Assembly: GCA_038496445.1 (NCBI GenBank)
Contig: JALMLS010000484.1
Span: forward strand, 124,001 to 188,000
DNA length: 64,000 nt
DNA from: Trichosphaerium sp. ATCC 40318
Lineage: Eukaryota; Protista; Tubulinea
Direction of reading: 5' to 3'
In this document: positions 47,151 to 60,900 of the stretch, piece after piece
How the letters are laid out: every line of letters starts with the position of its first letter
Numbering within the stretch: position 1 is the stretch's first letter
Position numbers and translations under genes: made by a program
The notes under the pieces: model-generated
The model's input: the letters and a program-made list of their open reading frames with translations, nothing else
Database searches by the model: none
What the model was told of the DNA's origin: nothing

Positions 47151-50100
47151 TTAAATCTCCAATACATCCTGGGCTTTATTCGTAATGGAAACTTTCTTGT
47201 ATTTTTTCTTTAGGTATCTTGCCTTTGATACGTCTCCTACAAATGTCCATTTAGCAGAGATACATGGTATACAACGAGCAAATAACTCTTACCACAAAAA
47301 ACAAGAATAGGCGTTTTGGCACATGTCTTGATTTTTCTTATACTTTTAATCAGCTTTTCTGCTGCACACTCATCTCCATCACCTTTTCGATATCTATTTG
47401 TGATAACACATAACCTGTTGTTACAGAATCCTTTGAACTTATCAATCCATGCTAAAACCTCAGATGATGACTTCATTACCAATACCTTTAGTATTTTCTT
47501 TAGGGCAATTAATACAGCATTTTGTCGTACCTCTGTTTTCTTTGGCCTTTTTTGTAGCATTTCCATTATCTTCTTGTTTTCAACCGACAGATTATCATCC
47601 ACCCACAAAATCAGACATTTAGCGTCCCTATACTTGCGTTCATACGAATTGATATTAGTACTGTCTATCGCCTTGTAATACACTAGGTATCTTGGCAGAA
47701 TCTAAGCAATTAAATGAGTACAAAAAGTGGTAGTTCAGGGTAAAACGCGAGAGGTGGTGGCTATGTACTTGGTTTTTTGAAAATACAATAATCTCATTTG
47801 CATCTATTTTATCGTCATTACCACATGGATAGCCGGTTGATTTAGTGAGGACATAGTGAGAATCATAGCCTTTCTAAAAAAAGACCATCAAAAGTAAGTA
47901 CATGAAAAAGGAGTTGTACCTTGCATTCTTTTCCAAGAAGGGTATTAGGAGTACCAGGTATAGGCTGCTCTGTTGCTGGATATGGATTTCCCATCATTAT
48001 CCAGGATATCAACATGCATGGATTCTCTTTTTTATCGCCCCACTCAGCATACTTCCTTCCTACCTCCAGTATTAGTACAAGAATACATTATTGTAACGTC
48101 ATATCTGTTGTAACCACGTACCACAATCAGGATATTGAGTGAAGTAAATACCGTCTCCTTGATTCAACGTTAGTTAAATTAAGTTGTTTTGTTGCTTTAC
48201 CATAGTATCCCGGATCTTTCTTGTTTGTATTTTCGTGTGGTTCTCTAAAGTTACCCCAAGCAATCTTAAAACTAGTATCCTACATATAATGTTAGGTTTA
48301 TTTTGTGAGCTAAAGAAAAGGATACCTCTGATGTGCCATGTAGTCCAGGTATGAGGTTTATTTGCTCATTGCCTGAAACACGCATCACATAGCTCTTCAA
48401 ATGATTCAAAGTTCTCTCTTGTGATTTACGTGTATTCTCATCACCATCACTATCACTCGCATCTAAGTCAATTAGATGTTGCTGTACACTTGATAATAGA
48501 CTTACTTGGTTTTTTAGATTGAAGTACTTTCTTCACAAATGTTTTGTATTGTTTTTCGAACTTGTCTTCAAGTTTTGGATTGTCTAGGAAGGCTATCTTC
48601 TCCAACTCATAAAAAGAATTACTATCAGTGCCCATGAATTTATAAAACATGTTGCTAGCTCTCAGATACTCATCATAACGTTCCTATACTGCTGTAAGCA
48701 CCTTGTCAAATACTTCAAAATCATGTGTACCTTGCTCTTTTCATTTTTTGTAAGATAGGTAATTCGTAACCCAGGATACTTTTGAGGTGTCTCCCAATTA
48801 CCCACTTTAAGGAACTTTTCGCCATGTACGCTACTCCAGAAGTTATGGGTATTGTGCTTCCCATGTTTGAGTACAGGAAATCCTTCTTTTAAATGACACG
48901 CAGTGACTATATGTTCTAATAATAGTCAGTTGTGTTTTGTATGCCAACTAGTTACACTCACTTGTTTTCTTGCACTTGTATGAATTACTTGTAACCTTAG
49001 TAAACTCTCCTAGTTGTATACTAACAGGACAGAGTGGAGTTGGCGCGATATCCAAGACTTTTAAGTAAGTACCAGCACATTCCTAAAAGTAGATCAACTT
49101 ACACTTCTACCATTTAGGTGTACCGTCCATGTCCATGGCGCTATGCCTCTTACAACCACTTTAATTGTAGAATCAACATAATATAAAACAATGAGATTAC
49201 CATAGAAATCAGAGAGTACAATCAAGTTTGAAAACAAACGGAAATCTTTGTTTTGGAACTCTATTTCTAACATTAGTATTCTCTTGTTTAAACAGTTTAT
49301 TAACGTACTCCTCAACCTTCTTTGTAGGTCATTAAACACCTCCACTGATAGATCTGTTGATAGGTATTCATATGCCAAAAACTTTGGAACACGTGGTACA
49401 AGCTCATATCGAGTAGGTAGCGACTATCACATTGTTAGTGTTGCTTGTATGGTATCAACGTACAATTGGTTTGTCTTTGTTTGGTTTAACTGTTTCTACA
49501 ACTTCACGTTCAACTTTAGAATCTGTCGTAGGTTTGAATGATAATATCTTCCAATCTGATGATTTTTTTAACAAACAAAACACTTGGGGTAGCAACCCTG
49601 GGTTCTTGTTCTTTGTTGCCTTAACTAGTACAATACTTTGCTCCTTTTGAGTCAAAGGTGGAATGTACAGCATATCTGCTTTGGGTAGTAGTGATATAAT
49701 AATGTATCCGTCAGCCCCATACACGACCTGACACAAATGGCTTAACAATGCTTAGTATTTTCAAAGCGAGTTACCTTTTCTTCGTCTGTCAAGCGAACAC
49801 AGAATGACATCTGTACCAAGAAGTTCATTACCTGTGTCACTTCACGTTTGCTACTTTTAGGAAATAGGCTTGAGATTCGAGATTTAACTTCTGAGTCAGT
49901 AAATACAGCGCCATGTCTATGAGTGCTGTTTTTAATTAATCTGTCCAGATGTTCTTTGGGCGCTAGAAAAGCACTCATGACACGAGATAGAATAGGAGGA
50001 TGCAAACACAGCATGTATGAAGACTAGGTGAACAACCAGTCAGTGTTTTACAGATGCTGTAATGCACTTACCTCATCAAACATAATACTACCAACCGAAT

Positions 50101-52354
50101 GAAGGTAGTTCAATGCAGCAACCAACTCTATTGGAGACATTTCCATATTGGGCTTATCTTTTATCAAGTCTAGGACCGTACGTCTATTACCAGTATATCA
50201 GCAATAGCACGGTTTTAAATCAAGCTTACATTGATATGATGTTTCCCTTTAGGGTATCCTTGTTTGTGCTTGTATTCTCAAGTGCCTTCTTTACAGTTGT
50301 ATATATTGTGGGTACTTTTGGGTATTGGGATCTCAAGTACTTGGCTTGACGCTCTAAAATCTTGGCAAGAGCGCTAGTTCCTAGTCAATCAAATCAGGAG
50401 AAATAACAAAGTATATAAAGGTACCCTCTAAGCATAAGTACTGTACTAATGACGATCCTATAGGAATCAAGGCTTGTCTATTGGACTTGATTTCTCCTAG
50501 AAAGATATCCAGTTTGGATCCAAATACAATCACCGAGTATAGCTTTGGATCTTGGTCATGTAGTATCTTACTTAAAACACTACACCAATATTGAAGGTGT
50601 TCCTGCTGCTCTTTGATTGATGTTGACAAGTCAATCTAAAAAGTTGATGAATGAAAAAGCAAACAAACATGACGTAGATGTCAATAGGAACTTACAACAA
50701 TGATATAAATAACAAGTTGCTTTGCTGCAAAGTACTGATGTAACCCTTTGTATTCTATCTGTCCAGCAAAGTCTAACACTGTGAATGATACACCATTGAA
50801 CCTAAAGCACATTAAATGTAAGGTAGACATAGTTTAAACGTACAACACATGCGAGGTATCAAAGCCGATTGTTGAGTCACATGTTTTATTTGTTTCCTTT
50901 GCCAATGTCCTCACTAGTGTTGTCTTACCTAATACATATATTTAGCAAACACAATTGACTTATAAATACCTGATCCTTCGTGGCCCACAACCATTATTTT
51001 GGCTTCCAATTGCTTTTTTATATTGTACTTTGAACGATTTACTCCATGAATAACTTGATGTGATACAGCATTTTCTTTGGCCTTGAGGCCATAGCAATAG
51101 ATATTTTTGAACTGTTGTATTTTTTTATCTGATAATGTATCCATATGTAAGGTTATCACACGTGCCCCTTTAAATTCACGTGCCATAGTTGTGACTATAA
51201 AGTGTTACAACAAAAGTAGAAAATCTTAAATGTTAGTTTAAGAGCAACGTACCATCGTGAAGTGATACCTCAGGATCTTTTTTACAAAGGTCATAGATAA
51301 ATACAATATCACAAGAACAGCCAGAAGAACATTTATCTTGATGCTCCTTAATATACTGTTTCATATCAGCATAAGCGCTTTTAGAATAAAATTCAAAAAA
51401 CTGTGAGTCAAGACAATAAAAAGGTACAAACATAGTATCTAGTATCTCGGGGCAACAAATCAATTTTCTAAGGTTGCTATGATTAGATTGCTCTTCAGAA
51501 CACACTTTCCCTAATATATATTCTTCGGTAGTGTCATCGATAGAGCAAGAGAATATTTTATCCACATTGTTAGAAAAGGCAACTTGATCTGGCTTTCCAG
51601 CAATACTTTTCTGGGTTTTACTACCTCCATCTAACTTCCCATCTTCTAAAACCCCACCAATGTATTTACGACCATCTGGCCAGTACTTTGCGCCAATACC
51701 ATTGGGAACACGGTTATGGAACTCTCCAATGTACTTGGTACCATCTTGATAATAGTAAACTCCAATGGACTTGTAAGGGCGCTCCTTAAATTGGCCTTTG
51801 TACTCGAGAGTTCCATCTTCCCTATATGTCTCTCCAACACCATCAAATTCCCTGCGTTTAAATTGACCTTTATACCTCAATGTACCATTCTTCCTATACA
51901 ACTTGCCAGTACACAACTTATCATCCTCAAAAGTACCAATATATTTGGTCCCATCTTCGTAATACAACTCACCTTCACCATGAAACTTAAACTCTCGAAA
52001 TTGGCCTTTGTATTGCAGCTTACCGTTCGGGTAAAACAACTCAGAAGTAAACTTACCACTATCAAATTGACCTTTGTAGCACAGACCATTCGACCAATGT
52101 ATGCCTCCATGAGTCTTTTTAGTGCTTGGCCATTGTTTACGGCCACCAGGACAATCGTCATGAAATGTGCGAATATGTAGTGTAAGTGTGCCTGTGCCAT
52201 GGAACAGATCATTCTCAAACTGACCTTCGTATGTCATGGAAATACCTCTTTTAAGAGTTCCAGTGCCATGATACTTGCCGCCCTCAACTTGACCTGTATA
52301 CACAGTATCACCTCTACGAATCTCCTCCATACCATTCAACACTTGTAAGTACAT
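47151..52354 (-). CDS. MORN repeats - Roc GTPase - COR - PARP-like ADP-ribosyltransferase - receiver-like domain protein
   Basis: MORN (YxGxFxxxxxxGxG); KIMVVGHEGSG|KTT, STIGFD, LDFAGQIEY, GSKLD; YLHSVG (COR); LHGT..GYYG|DGIYFT..GYDSH..NEIIVF..QILPRYLVYY; LILWVDDN. Confidence 0.85.
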
Positions 52355-53082
52355 TTAGAATTGAGATTTTCGAAAGAAAAACTGTTGGGTTTTTTCAAAG
52401 TCAAAACCTGTCAACGCAAAGATAGAACGTTTATGATCGTCATTCAGACTTACCACTAGCAGTGCTGTCAGTTTTAGCCATATTTCAATCCGTGGCGAAG
52501 CGTTACCAGCGATAAACCGGTTTAGCGTTTCAAAAAATGCCGTTAGGCCTAGTGGTAGCGTAGTAAAGGTTCTGGTTCGTATGATCGCGTTTTCGAGGGC
52601 TAAAACAAACAAAAAGTTAGTACGAAATGTAGCAAACCAGAAACCCAAAAAAAACCACTATTACGCGGAGAGAAGTAACAATACAATACAATACTCACTA
52701 AAAGCTTGTCTGTTTGTATAATTAATGCAAAAAGACGTCGTACTCGCTTTAGTTCAATGTAAGTAGTTGGTAGAAGACGTGAAAAGCGAATGTGTTTATT
52801 TAGGTTGACCACAAGCTTGTTTTTCGATATCGCTAACTTTTTTCTATTTTTAGCGAAAGTTCGGGTTCGCTCATTTGAAGTTTGAAGTCATTCAAAGAAG
52901 AATAGTCGTTCTCCTAATTACCTCCTTGGTCATATCTCACCGCTCACGTAAAGGTTTACCTTAACCATCTGAGCGAAGATCATTTCAAATATCATGGAAA
53001 GTAGAACATGTCAAACTCTAAAATTTATTGAAATCACAACTTTAGTACTTCTCTACAACCAGGTTCAATTTGAAGAAATTTT

Positions 53083-55060
53083 TTATGAGCTATCTTGACC
53101 GACAAGCTTTGTGAAACCAGAAGGTTGATTGGTATGATAACTATAAATAGTGACAGCAAATGAATCAACTTCACTTGCTTTAACTTCACGCTTTCCAGGA
53201 TCTTTTACATTGATAGCATGCTCTTTAGCACCTTTTTCCATTAATGGCACATAGTGATTTTTCATCAAGTCTAGTAGCTTGACAAACTGCGTACCAAAAG
53301 TCTTATGCATAAAATACGATCCGTTCTTAAACACTATGTTAGATTTATTGATTTTGTTAGTAATGTTTTTTGCGTACTTGTAAGAAGATTTCGAGAATAC
53401 TGGCTGTCATGTTCTGTGGATCCATGTTAAGTAGTCTGGCAACCCAAGTCCACATGTTTTTCGTGGAATGAGGGTGATAGTTACCAAAAGACAATACAGA
53501 AAAAGCTGTAAATACAGCTATAGTCCCCTTCATTCTTAGCTTGTACTTAGCCAAAGATTCACCTTTTTTATATTTTAGGTCCTTTGTCTTATATTCGTCA
53601 ATTGGTTTGTTACCAACACTACAAGAAGTTAAACAATTGTAATATCCAATACACTAAAAAATAGTAGCCGCCAGTCATAAACAGATACACTAGTAACTAA
53701 AGACTCTACTAGGTGCTACTTTTAACAGTGAAATACAATGTCTTAAATACAAATAACTAAACGTACTTGGGTGGATACATCGGTACTGTGTACGGACACG
53801 ATTCATAAAAAGCGCCCATCATCACCTTTGAAAAGAATGGTACTTTTTCTTTGACTTGCTGACATACGAGTAATGCTGCTGCCCCATAAGCAAATGCATA
53901 TTCTGGTTTTGTTGAACAGAGAAAAGCTCCCTTTGAAATACAAGCAGTGCATATTCTATAAACTGTCGAACGAAGAAGCTCTTCGTCTACACTTGCTTCT
54001 TGCAGTATCTTTACAAAAGCACTAGCAGCTTGCTTAACACGATCAAGTGTTAAATGGATCATTGAAAAGATAGTCAAGGTAGCACATAGTAGTTTTCTTC
54101 TTCTTATGTCCTTTCTTGCTTTCAAAGTGGCGTCACTTTGTTCGCACTTTAAAAAATACTCCCGACAAACTTTCCATTGGCGTATAGCACCAACTGGGAT
54201 AATATTCTAGCGGTAGAAGGGTTAGCTAGGCGTAGGTTATGTTTCTCAATCCACGTGATGGAAGGCTTAAAAAGTAGACATACCTTTAAGGTTTTTAGTT
54301 GAGATTTGCTATCATACAGGTTAGTACGTAAAGCAGGAAATAAACAGGCATTGGTACATTTTAATGAGTTGATCTCGGTTTGTTTTGTAAGCTTCCACTT
54401 TTTTGGCTTCCACATGAGCTTTATACTGAGCTTCTTTGAGCTCATGCTGCTGGCGAAGCTGCTCATTATGCTTTTGCTGAGCTTGTAAATGAGCTTTGTA
54501 TTGTACTTCTTTAAGCTCACGCTCCTCACTAGCTCGCCTTTGAGCATTCTCCTATACAGCAATTACCAAAAGTACCGTGTGGTAAAATCGTACTAAATAC
54601 TCTCTCTGGAATTCTTCGCACACGTTGTCTATAAAAGCACGAATCTTCTCTCTTCGTCGTGCAACCTTTTCAGCAATCAATTGCTCTTCTTAACGAATAC
54701 CACTTTAATAAACCGTCACCATAGACAAGAAGTGACTTACCACGTGCAATTGCTGCGCGATCAAAACGAAAAGGAAGGAGGTGGGTATTAGGAGCTACAA
54801 CCAAGTCCTTCAATAGTGTTAAAACGTGTACTAGAAACAGAAAAACAAATTCTCTTTTCATACATTCGATCTTAACTTTTCAATCGCTTCATTCATCTCT
54901 TTAGATAGTTCCATACTTCTCATTTTCAAAGGTTCCGCCTACACTCAATGGTGATTAAGAGTCTTTTCAGTCGGTTTTCAAACAATAAATTGCGTACACT
55001 TTCACGTCTCGCCTTCTCTTCTTTGGTAACCGTCACGGGGTAGTAAGACAAAGGATCCAT
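53083..55060 (-). CDS. GLE1: mRNA export factor GLE1
   Basis: N-terminal coiled coil; CPYTVP; MWTWVARLLNMDP..TASILEIFL..G..MHKTFGTQFVKLL. Confidence 0.82.
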
Positions 55061-55397
55061 TGTAATAAACAAAAGCGTATGAAAGAGTGTTTTCAATCAA
55101 GTATGAAAGACTTGCCTTGACTGTTTTTTTGAGTTTGTCTAGTCAATCTACAGCGTAATTGATAAACAAGACCAGCGAAGTGCAAGCAACCCTTAAGTTA
55201 GCTAGACACAACCTTGCTGGTATTTAAGTGGTTACAAGATTGAAATAGCGCTGAGAAAATGAGTGATTGAAAAATGATTGCAAAAATAGTGAAAAATGAT
55301 TGAAATACAGCGTGATTGAAATAATTGTGAGTGATATGATATATCATTAACTAGCTGTCCTTTTTTTATTGTTTTTCTTTTCAGCGATAATTCAATA

Positions 55398-56710
55398 CTA
55401 CTCTTCTTCTGGTTTTTCTGGGCTTGGAAATACTCTGGAAATACAATGAGGAGATGTTACATACAGTAAAGAATTTGCCATAATCATTGATCCAAAATTA
55501 TCTTCACTCCTATTCCAGCTACCATCACCACTATCATCACTTGGTAAAAAGAATCCAATTGAAACTATCCTTGTCTTTGCTTCTGTCAGAATCTCTGCAA
55601 TATAAGGACTTGAAGGAACACCAGCGATCAATGTTGCATTAGTAGCTAATGGACCAGAAGAACAGTAAGAAATACGATAAGCTTTTTTAGTATTTATTCC
55701 AGTTGCAATAAAATGATCATCCAAGACCCACGTCTGGTCTGGTATGCTACTTTGACCTAGTATTTAGTTAGTAAGTTTATAACAATTGTTTTATAAAAAG
55801 AATAGACTGACCTGATGGTGAAATTGGATGTAATCCACCATTTAAAAATTTACCCTCTAAAACATGTCAACATAAAACAAATTACAACTTTGGCACTCGT
55901 TGAAAACGTTCAATACTGTAACACCAAATTTTCACGCACGTGGACATTCTCCGACCGAACCATTACAAAAACAGCCAATAATCACCCCTAAAGAGAACCA
56001 AGTTTAGTCAAACTTGTTTGTGTAAATAATTTGTGATACCTTTCTTTTCAAGCAAAGCGTAATCATGCAGAGCATCACCAAGTTGCTCCATATCACCATA
56101 ATATCCATTAGAAAACACAATAACTGCATCATATGGCTTCATTTTTTCAAAAATATCTTCTGTAGTAGTAGCAGGGTTTGGTAATGTGTACATATCAACC
56201 TATTTCCGTTTTTGAGGTAAGAGCAAAAACAATAAAAAAAAAAAAACAATCACGATGCGTATTTGACTTCAAAGACAGCAGTTACGTAAAAATAGCGTGT
56301 GTTGGGGCGTGTGATTGTAAATTGTGGTTTGACGCACGTTTTTAAGGCCTGTTGACGAAATACACCTTTCAACGTCTTCAATATAGCGTTTAGATCCGTT
56401 ATTGCACACAACAAGATACCTGAAGTACGTTTAAGCCCAAATAAGCAAGTACGTTATAAAAAGCTTACTTGCGCTCTGTAACATGCTTGTAAAATACCCT
56501 CCAATCCTTTACAGTCTTGGGTAGTTCTTTCAGCTTCTCTAATGGCGTGTATTCGCTACAACTCTTTATCTTCCAAGATACATTACTAGAACGCCTGAGA
56601 TCGCGCCACGTTGAACAAACCGTTGAAATAACACCAAGCGTTGAAATATTATCAATTTGGTTGAATACTACCTCTACAATTTCTGGTGGAAGGTCCCCAA
56701 ACGTACTCAT
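55398..56710 (-). CDS. F-box protein with alpha/beta C-terminal domain
   Basis: FGDLPPEIVEVVF F-box; exons YDAVIVFSN..LGDALHDY and RIVSIGFFLPSDD linked by GT-AG introns. Confidence 0.75.
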
Positions 56711-57109
56711 GGAGATATTACTTGTTTTTGTGTTATTTTAAAACACGATCAAAGCTTTGCCCGACCGGTTTTTAAGTGGCAAAACTTGCTATTTCAATCA
56801 AGCTAGTAGCGTGCCTTGACTGTTTTTTTCTTGTTGAACCTGGCAATTATTTGGCGCAACAATCACGTGGTTCTTCCGGAAACTTGTCAAGGTGTTGTTA
56901 AATACATTATGTGAAGCAGCACCAGTGTGGATGTAAGCCGCATCTAATAGCCTGCTATGTCCTCGTATTAATCAAGGCCATGTGATAATCAGTAGCCAGT
57001 TTTGTTTGACACACTATGAAATGTGCTTGTAGACGAAATGCCACATCATCACTCCTCCTTAACACTATGACTTAGCGTTTCATCTTACTCACAATACTGC
57101 AGTTAACAA

Positions 57110-57756
57110 ATGACATTCCACTGGTTACTCGTATCAATCTTGCTCGTTGTAGAAACGATTATAGTATATTTGCTTATTTTGCCAGTAAGCTTTATAAATA
57201 ACCTTGGTACGGTAGTACAACCCATTGTGTAGTAGTTTAACATTGTTTAAAAGTTCAAAAACTTGTAAGACCTGTCCTACGCAACAAAAATGTAAGATTA
57301 GGGCTCAAAATCACTGCTGGACTATTGTTATACCTTACTGTTGGTACGCAAACTTTTTTTTTACTCCAATCCTAACCGTTACCCTAGCAAGCGGTTACGA
57401 GATGAACAGACTCGCATCAAGGATACAAACCGAAACCCTCGTTGGAAACGACCGTCTTCAATTGTACACACGTAAATTCAGAAACGAACGTAATTTCTAC
57501 CTTGCTATGAGTACATTAACTATTTTGGGGTACGCTAACACAAACAATTCATTATTTACACCGAAGAAAATCAAATACACTCCAACACCAACTCTACCGC
57601 AATGGAAACCGCGCCCAGGGCTTTTAACCAAGTTTAAAACAAAAAATTACATCTCACGTCACCTGTCTTACACTCAGTCACTAAAAACCTTCTAGAATCC
57701 TCATCTTCGTAGAACGTATTATCTTCAACCGTCGTCAAGCAGCAAAAGAACAGTAA
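57110..57756 (+). CDS. BAP29/BAP31-like ER membrane protein (short, 4 exons)
   Basis: MTFHWLLVSILLVVET..LLILP, three TM segments, KFRNERNFYL motif. Confidence 0.7.
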
Positions 57757-57958
57757 ACGCATAAGTAACAGATACAGAGCGGGTTTTATTTTTTTTTTCA
57801 GTTCCAAAAAAATAAAAAGAAATAAATACCCCGCTTTCTTTAAAAACAACTACATCTAATTCTTAAAAAACAGTACAATAATAATTGTATTATTTCCTTT
57901 TTATTTCAATAACATGAAGAGGTATTTAAGTCAAATTCAATCAACGCAGGCATTTTTT

Positions 57959-60900
57959 TTAATATGAAACTATTTTGTCGATTTCTTCGACATTAGGAGA
58001 CGGCATGAGGCTCTGTCCTTGTTCTCCCTTATCCTTTTCGCGGCTTGAACGAATAGACTCTCTAGCACTATCAATTTGCTCTTTGACTACGTCAGCAACA
58101 CTTGTCAAGAATTTTGGTTTTGGAGGAATCACTGGTGGAGCATCACTAGAGTCTCCATTAAAGTCATCAAGGTCAGCATCATTTCTTCTCTTTCTCAAGA
58201 TAACAATAGCCACAACGAACACAACAAAGCAACAACATACACCAGCACCAGCTGGTACACCGATCATGACGGCAGTATTACTTAAATTGATAGTCTGAGT
58301 TCTAGATGCAGATTCATCTATTGCCGATGCTGCGCTCATGTTGAAGAACCCTGCGAACTTCTGGCTTGTTGATGCATCAAACTCTTGCGGAACTTCAGCT
58401 TGGATCGTTCTTACAACAGATCTCTTTCCTTCAAGGAAATTGTTTAGCGCACGTGAAGATTTAAGTATTTTTTACTTCCAAAAAAAAAACGTACTAGTAC
58501 TAAAATTCTGCGTTGATGTACACTCACAACCAAACTTGTATTCAACTTGAACAACCACAAGAATACAATAACGTGTTACATTAACGGTTTCTAGTGTTTT
58601 CAAAACGTTAGTCATAGCCATGAAAGAAAACCACAAGCTACAACGAACCTGGCGTAATGCTCCTGTCTGTTTTAAAGGTAAACCCATTCTTGTCTGTAAT
58701 AAGTTCCTCATCCATTGCAAAGTCTATACCAGGCATTTCTTGACCCTTGTCATACACAATGACAACATTGTCATTATCCTACACCCGCATTAGCAACTGT
58801 TTTCGGAATAGAACGAGATACTTACACCGACTTCATGTACGTAAATTTGCAAAATCTCGTTTGCAAGAATAGTAGCTTCACCGTTTGTAGTGAGCTCTGC
58901 TAAGAAGTATACAGGTGTATCGTATTCGAATATATCTTGTACAATCCTGTACTCAGAATCTTCATGAGGTGTCAGTTTGCCTTCGAGATTAATTTCAATT
59001 TCTGCTTGTCCACAGAACTCTTCGGATGTTATATCCAAAAGAACATCACGTTGACCAATTATACAGTCACCACAGGCCATACCAAATCCAATGATATAGA
59101 GACCAGAAATTTCACACTCTGGGCCTACGGCAACAGAGATAATATGCTCTTGTGAGCAATACGCAGTTTCTTCTGCACAAATCTAAAAAAAAGAAAAAAA
59201 TGAGAAAAAAGCTACAGCAAGCCACAAAGAAAAACAAGTGAAAGCGTACCTCTCCTTCTCCAGGACCAATAATTACAGATTCAAAAGATGGGCTTATGCC
59301 ATCACGTGTAACATTAAGTACTATTCGTTCTGTAACACCTAAAGGAGCAGGACAAATAGACTTTACAATAATAATTCCTTTTTGAAATGGCTGACCAGCT
59401 GTTTGACCTTCAAGGTCAATATAACTACGTATTATAGCAAACCTAACAAAAAGGTTAAAGATACCGCACATATAATATTGAAACGTACATGCAGTCATCC
59501 ATTGTTGGTTCAATCCAATCAGGAGGAGCAGTAACTTGCTGTTCAATACTTCTTTTTACACTTATTGGCTCTGGATTAGTTGGTGTAGTTGGTGGTGAAG
59601 TTTGTGGTAACTCAGAAGTAGGTGGTTCTACTGCGGCCATTGACATATTACCTGGCAAAACAAGTCAGAACATGTGTTCGAAGAAAGAAACTGTACATGT
59701 AGAGAATGAAACAATATGAAGTTCTTGATTGTCATATTGTTCAATTGTAACTTCAAACTTGTTTCCATAGAAACTTGCATTCAATTGAGATGGGAAGGTA
59801 TTTTCTAAGAGCGTCATACCTAGAAAAAAATGAGAAAAAGGTGCTTCTTACAACTTGAACTGTCTTTCGAACAAGAAAGATAAAAAACGTACCGCCAACA
59901 AGGTACTGATCAAAAGTACACGAAATCACTTGACGAGGTAAACGACCAGGAGCACGAGCTAGGTTACGAATACTAATAACACCATTTGTATCAATATCAA
60001 CACTAATCATCACTAAAAACAAACAGTCAAATTTTCTCAATCTCTTTTTCTCAATCTCTTTTTTTCGAATTTGCATACCATATTTTCCGTTATAATATCC
60101 TTCAGCAGATGTGTAACCGTCATCTCTGTCTTCTACCTCAAACATTGGAGCATTTGGTCTAGGACCAAATTGAAACAAGTTATCGTTCTCATCTTCTAAA
60201 TCAAGAACAAGAGAACATTCTCCAGAAGACTCAAATGCTAAACAAAAAAATCTTCGCTTAGTAATTACTTCCAAGACGCTTTTTGATACGTACGTATACC
60301 CTCACACATTGGACTTGGAGGCTCTACTTCTTCAGAAGAAATTGGTGCATATGTTGCAATTGTACTTTGCTCAAGTTCTGATGGAGATTCGTCATCGCAA
60401 ACATCTGGAAATAGCTCATTCGGACATTTCGGTATTGCAGGAGACAAAGTAGGCGTTACTGTGGGAGCATCTGTTGGAGCCAGTGTCGGAGTAAGAGTTG
60501 TAGGAGTAAGAGTCATAGGAGGAAACGTGCTCGGCGGAGGCGGATTCGTAGGCACAGACGGAGCTGTTGGTAGACAAATACATCTCGGTATTGGTGTTGG
60601 TGCCATTGTAGTAGGCGGTAGAGTTGGTGGCAATGTAGTAGGCGGCAAAGTGGTTGGCGGCAAAGTTGTCGGTGGTAATGTTGTAGGCGGCAAGGTCGTT
60701 GGCGGCAAAGTAGTAGGCGGCAGAGTAGTTGGCGGCAAAGTTGTCGGCGGCAATGTAGTAGGCGGTGACGTCGTAGGTGGCAACGTCGTAGGTGGTAGAG
60801 TTGTAGGCGCTTTAGTGTTGTTATCAAAGACAGCAATGGCAGTCTTTACCACGACAGTCTTTGGGAATCTGATAACGACAGGAATAACAGAATCCGTCTG

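Noticed and set aside
52538-52585. A-box/B-box-like sequence (taggcctagtggta...ggttcg)
   Set aside because: No cloverleaf can be folded.
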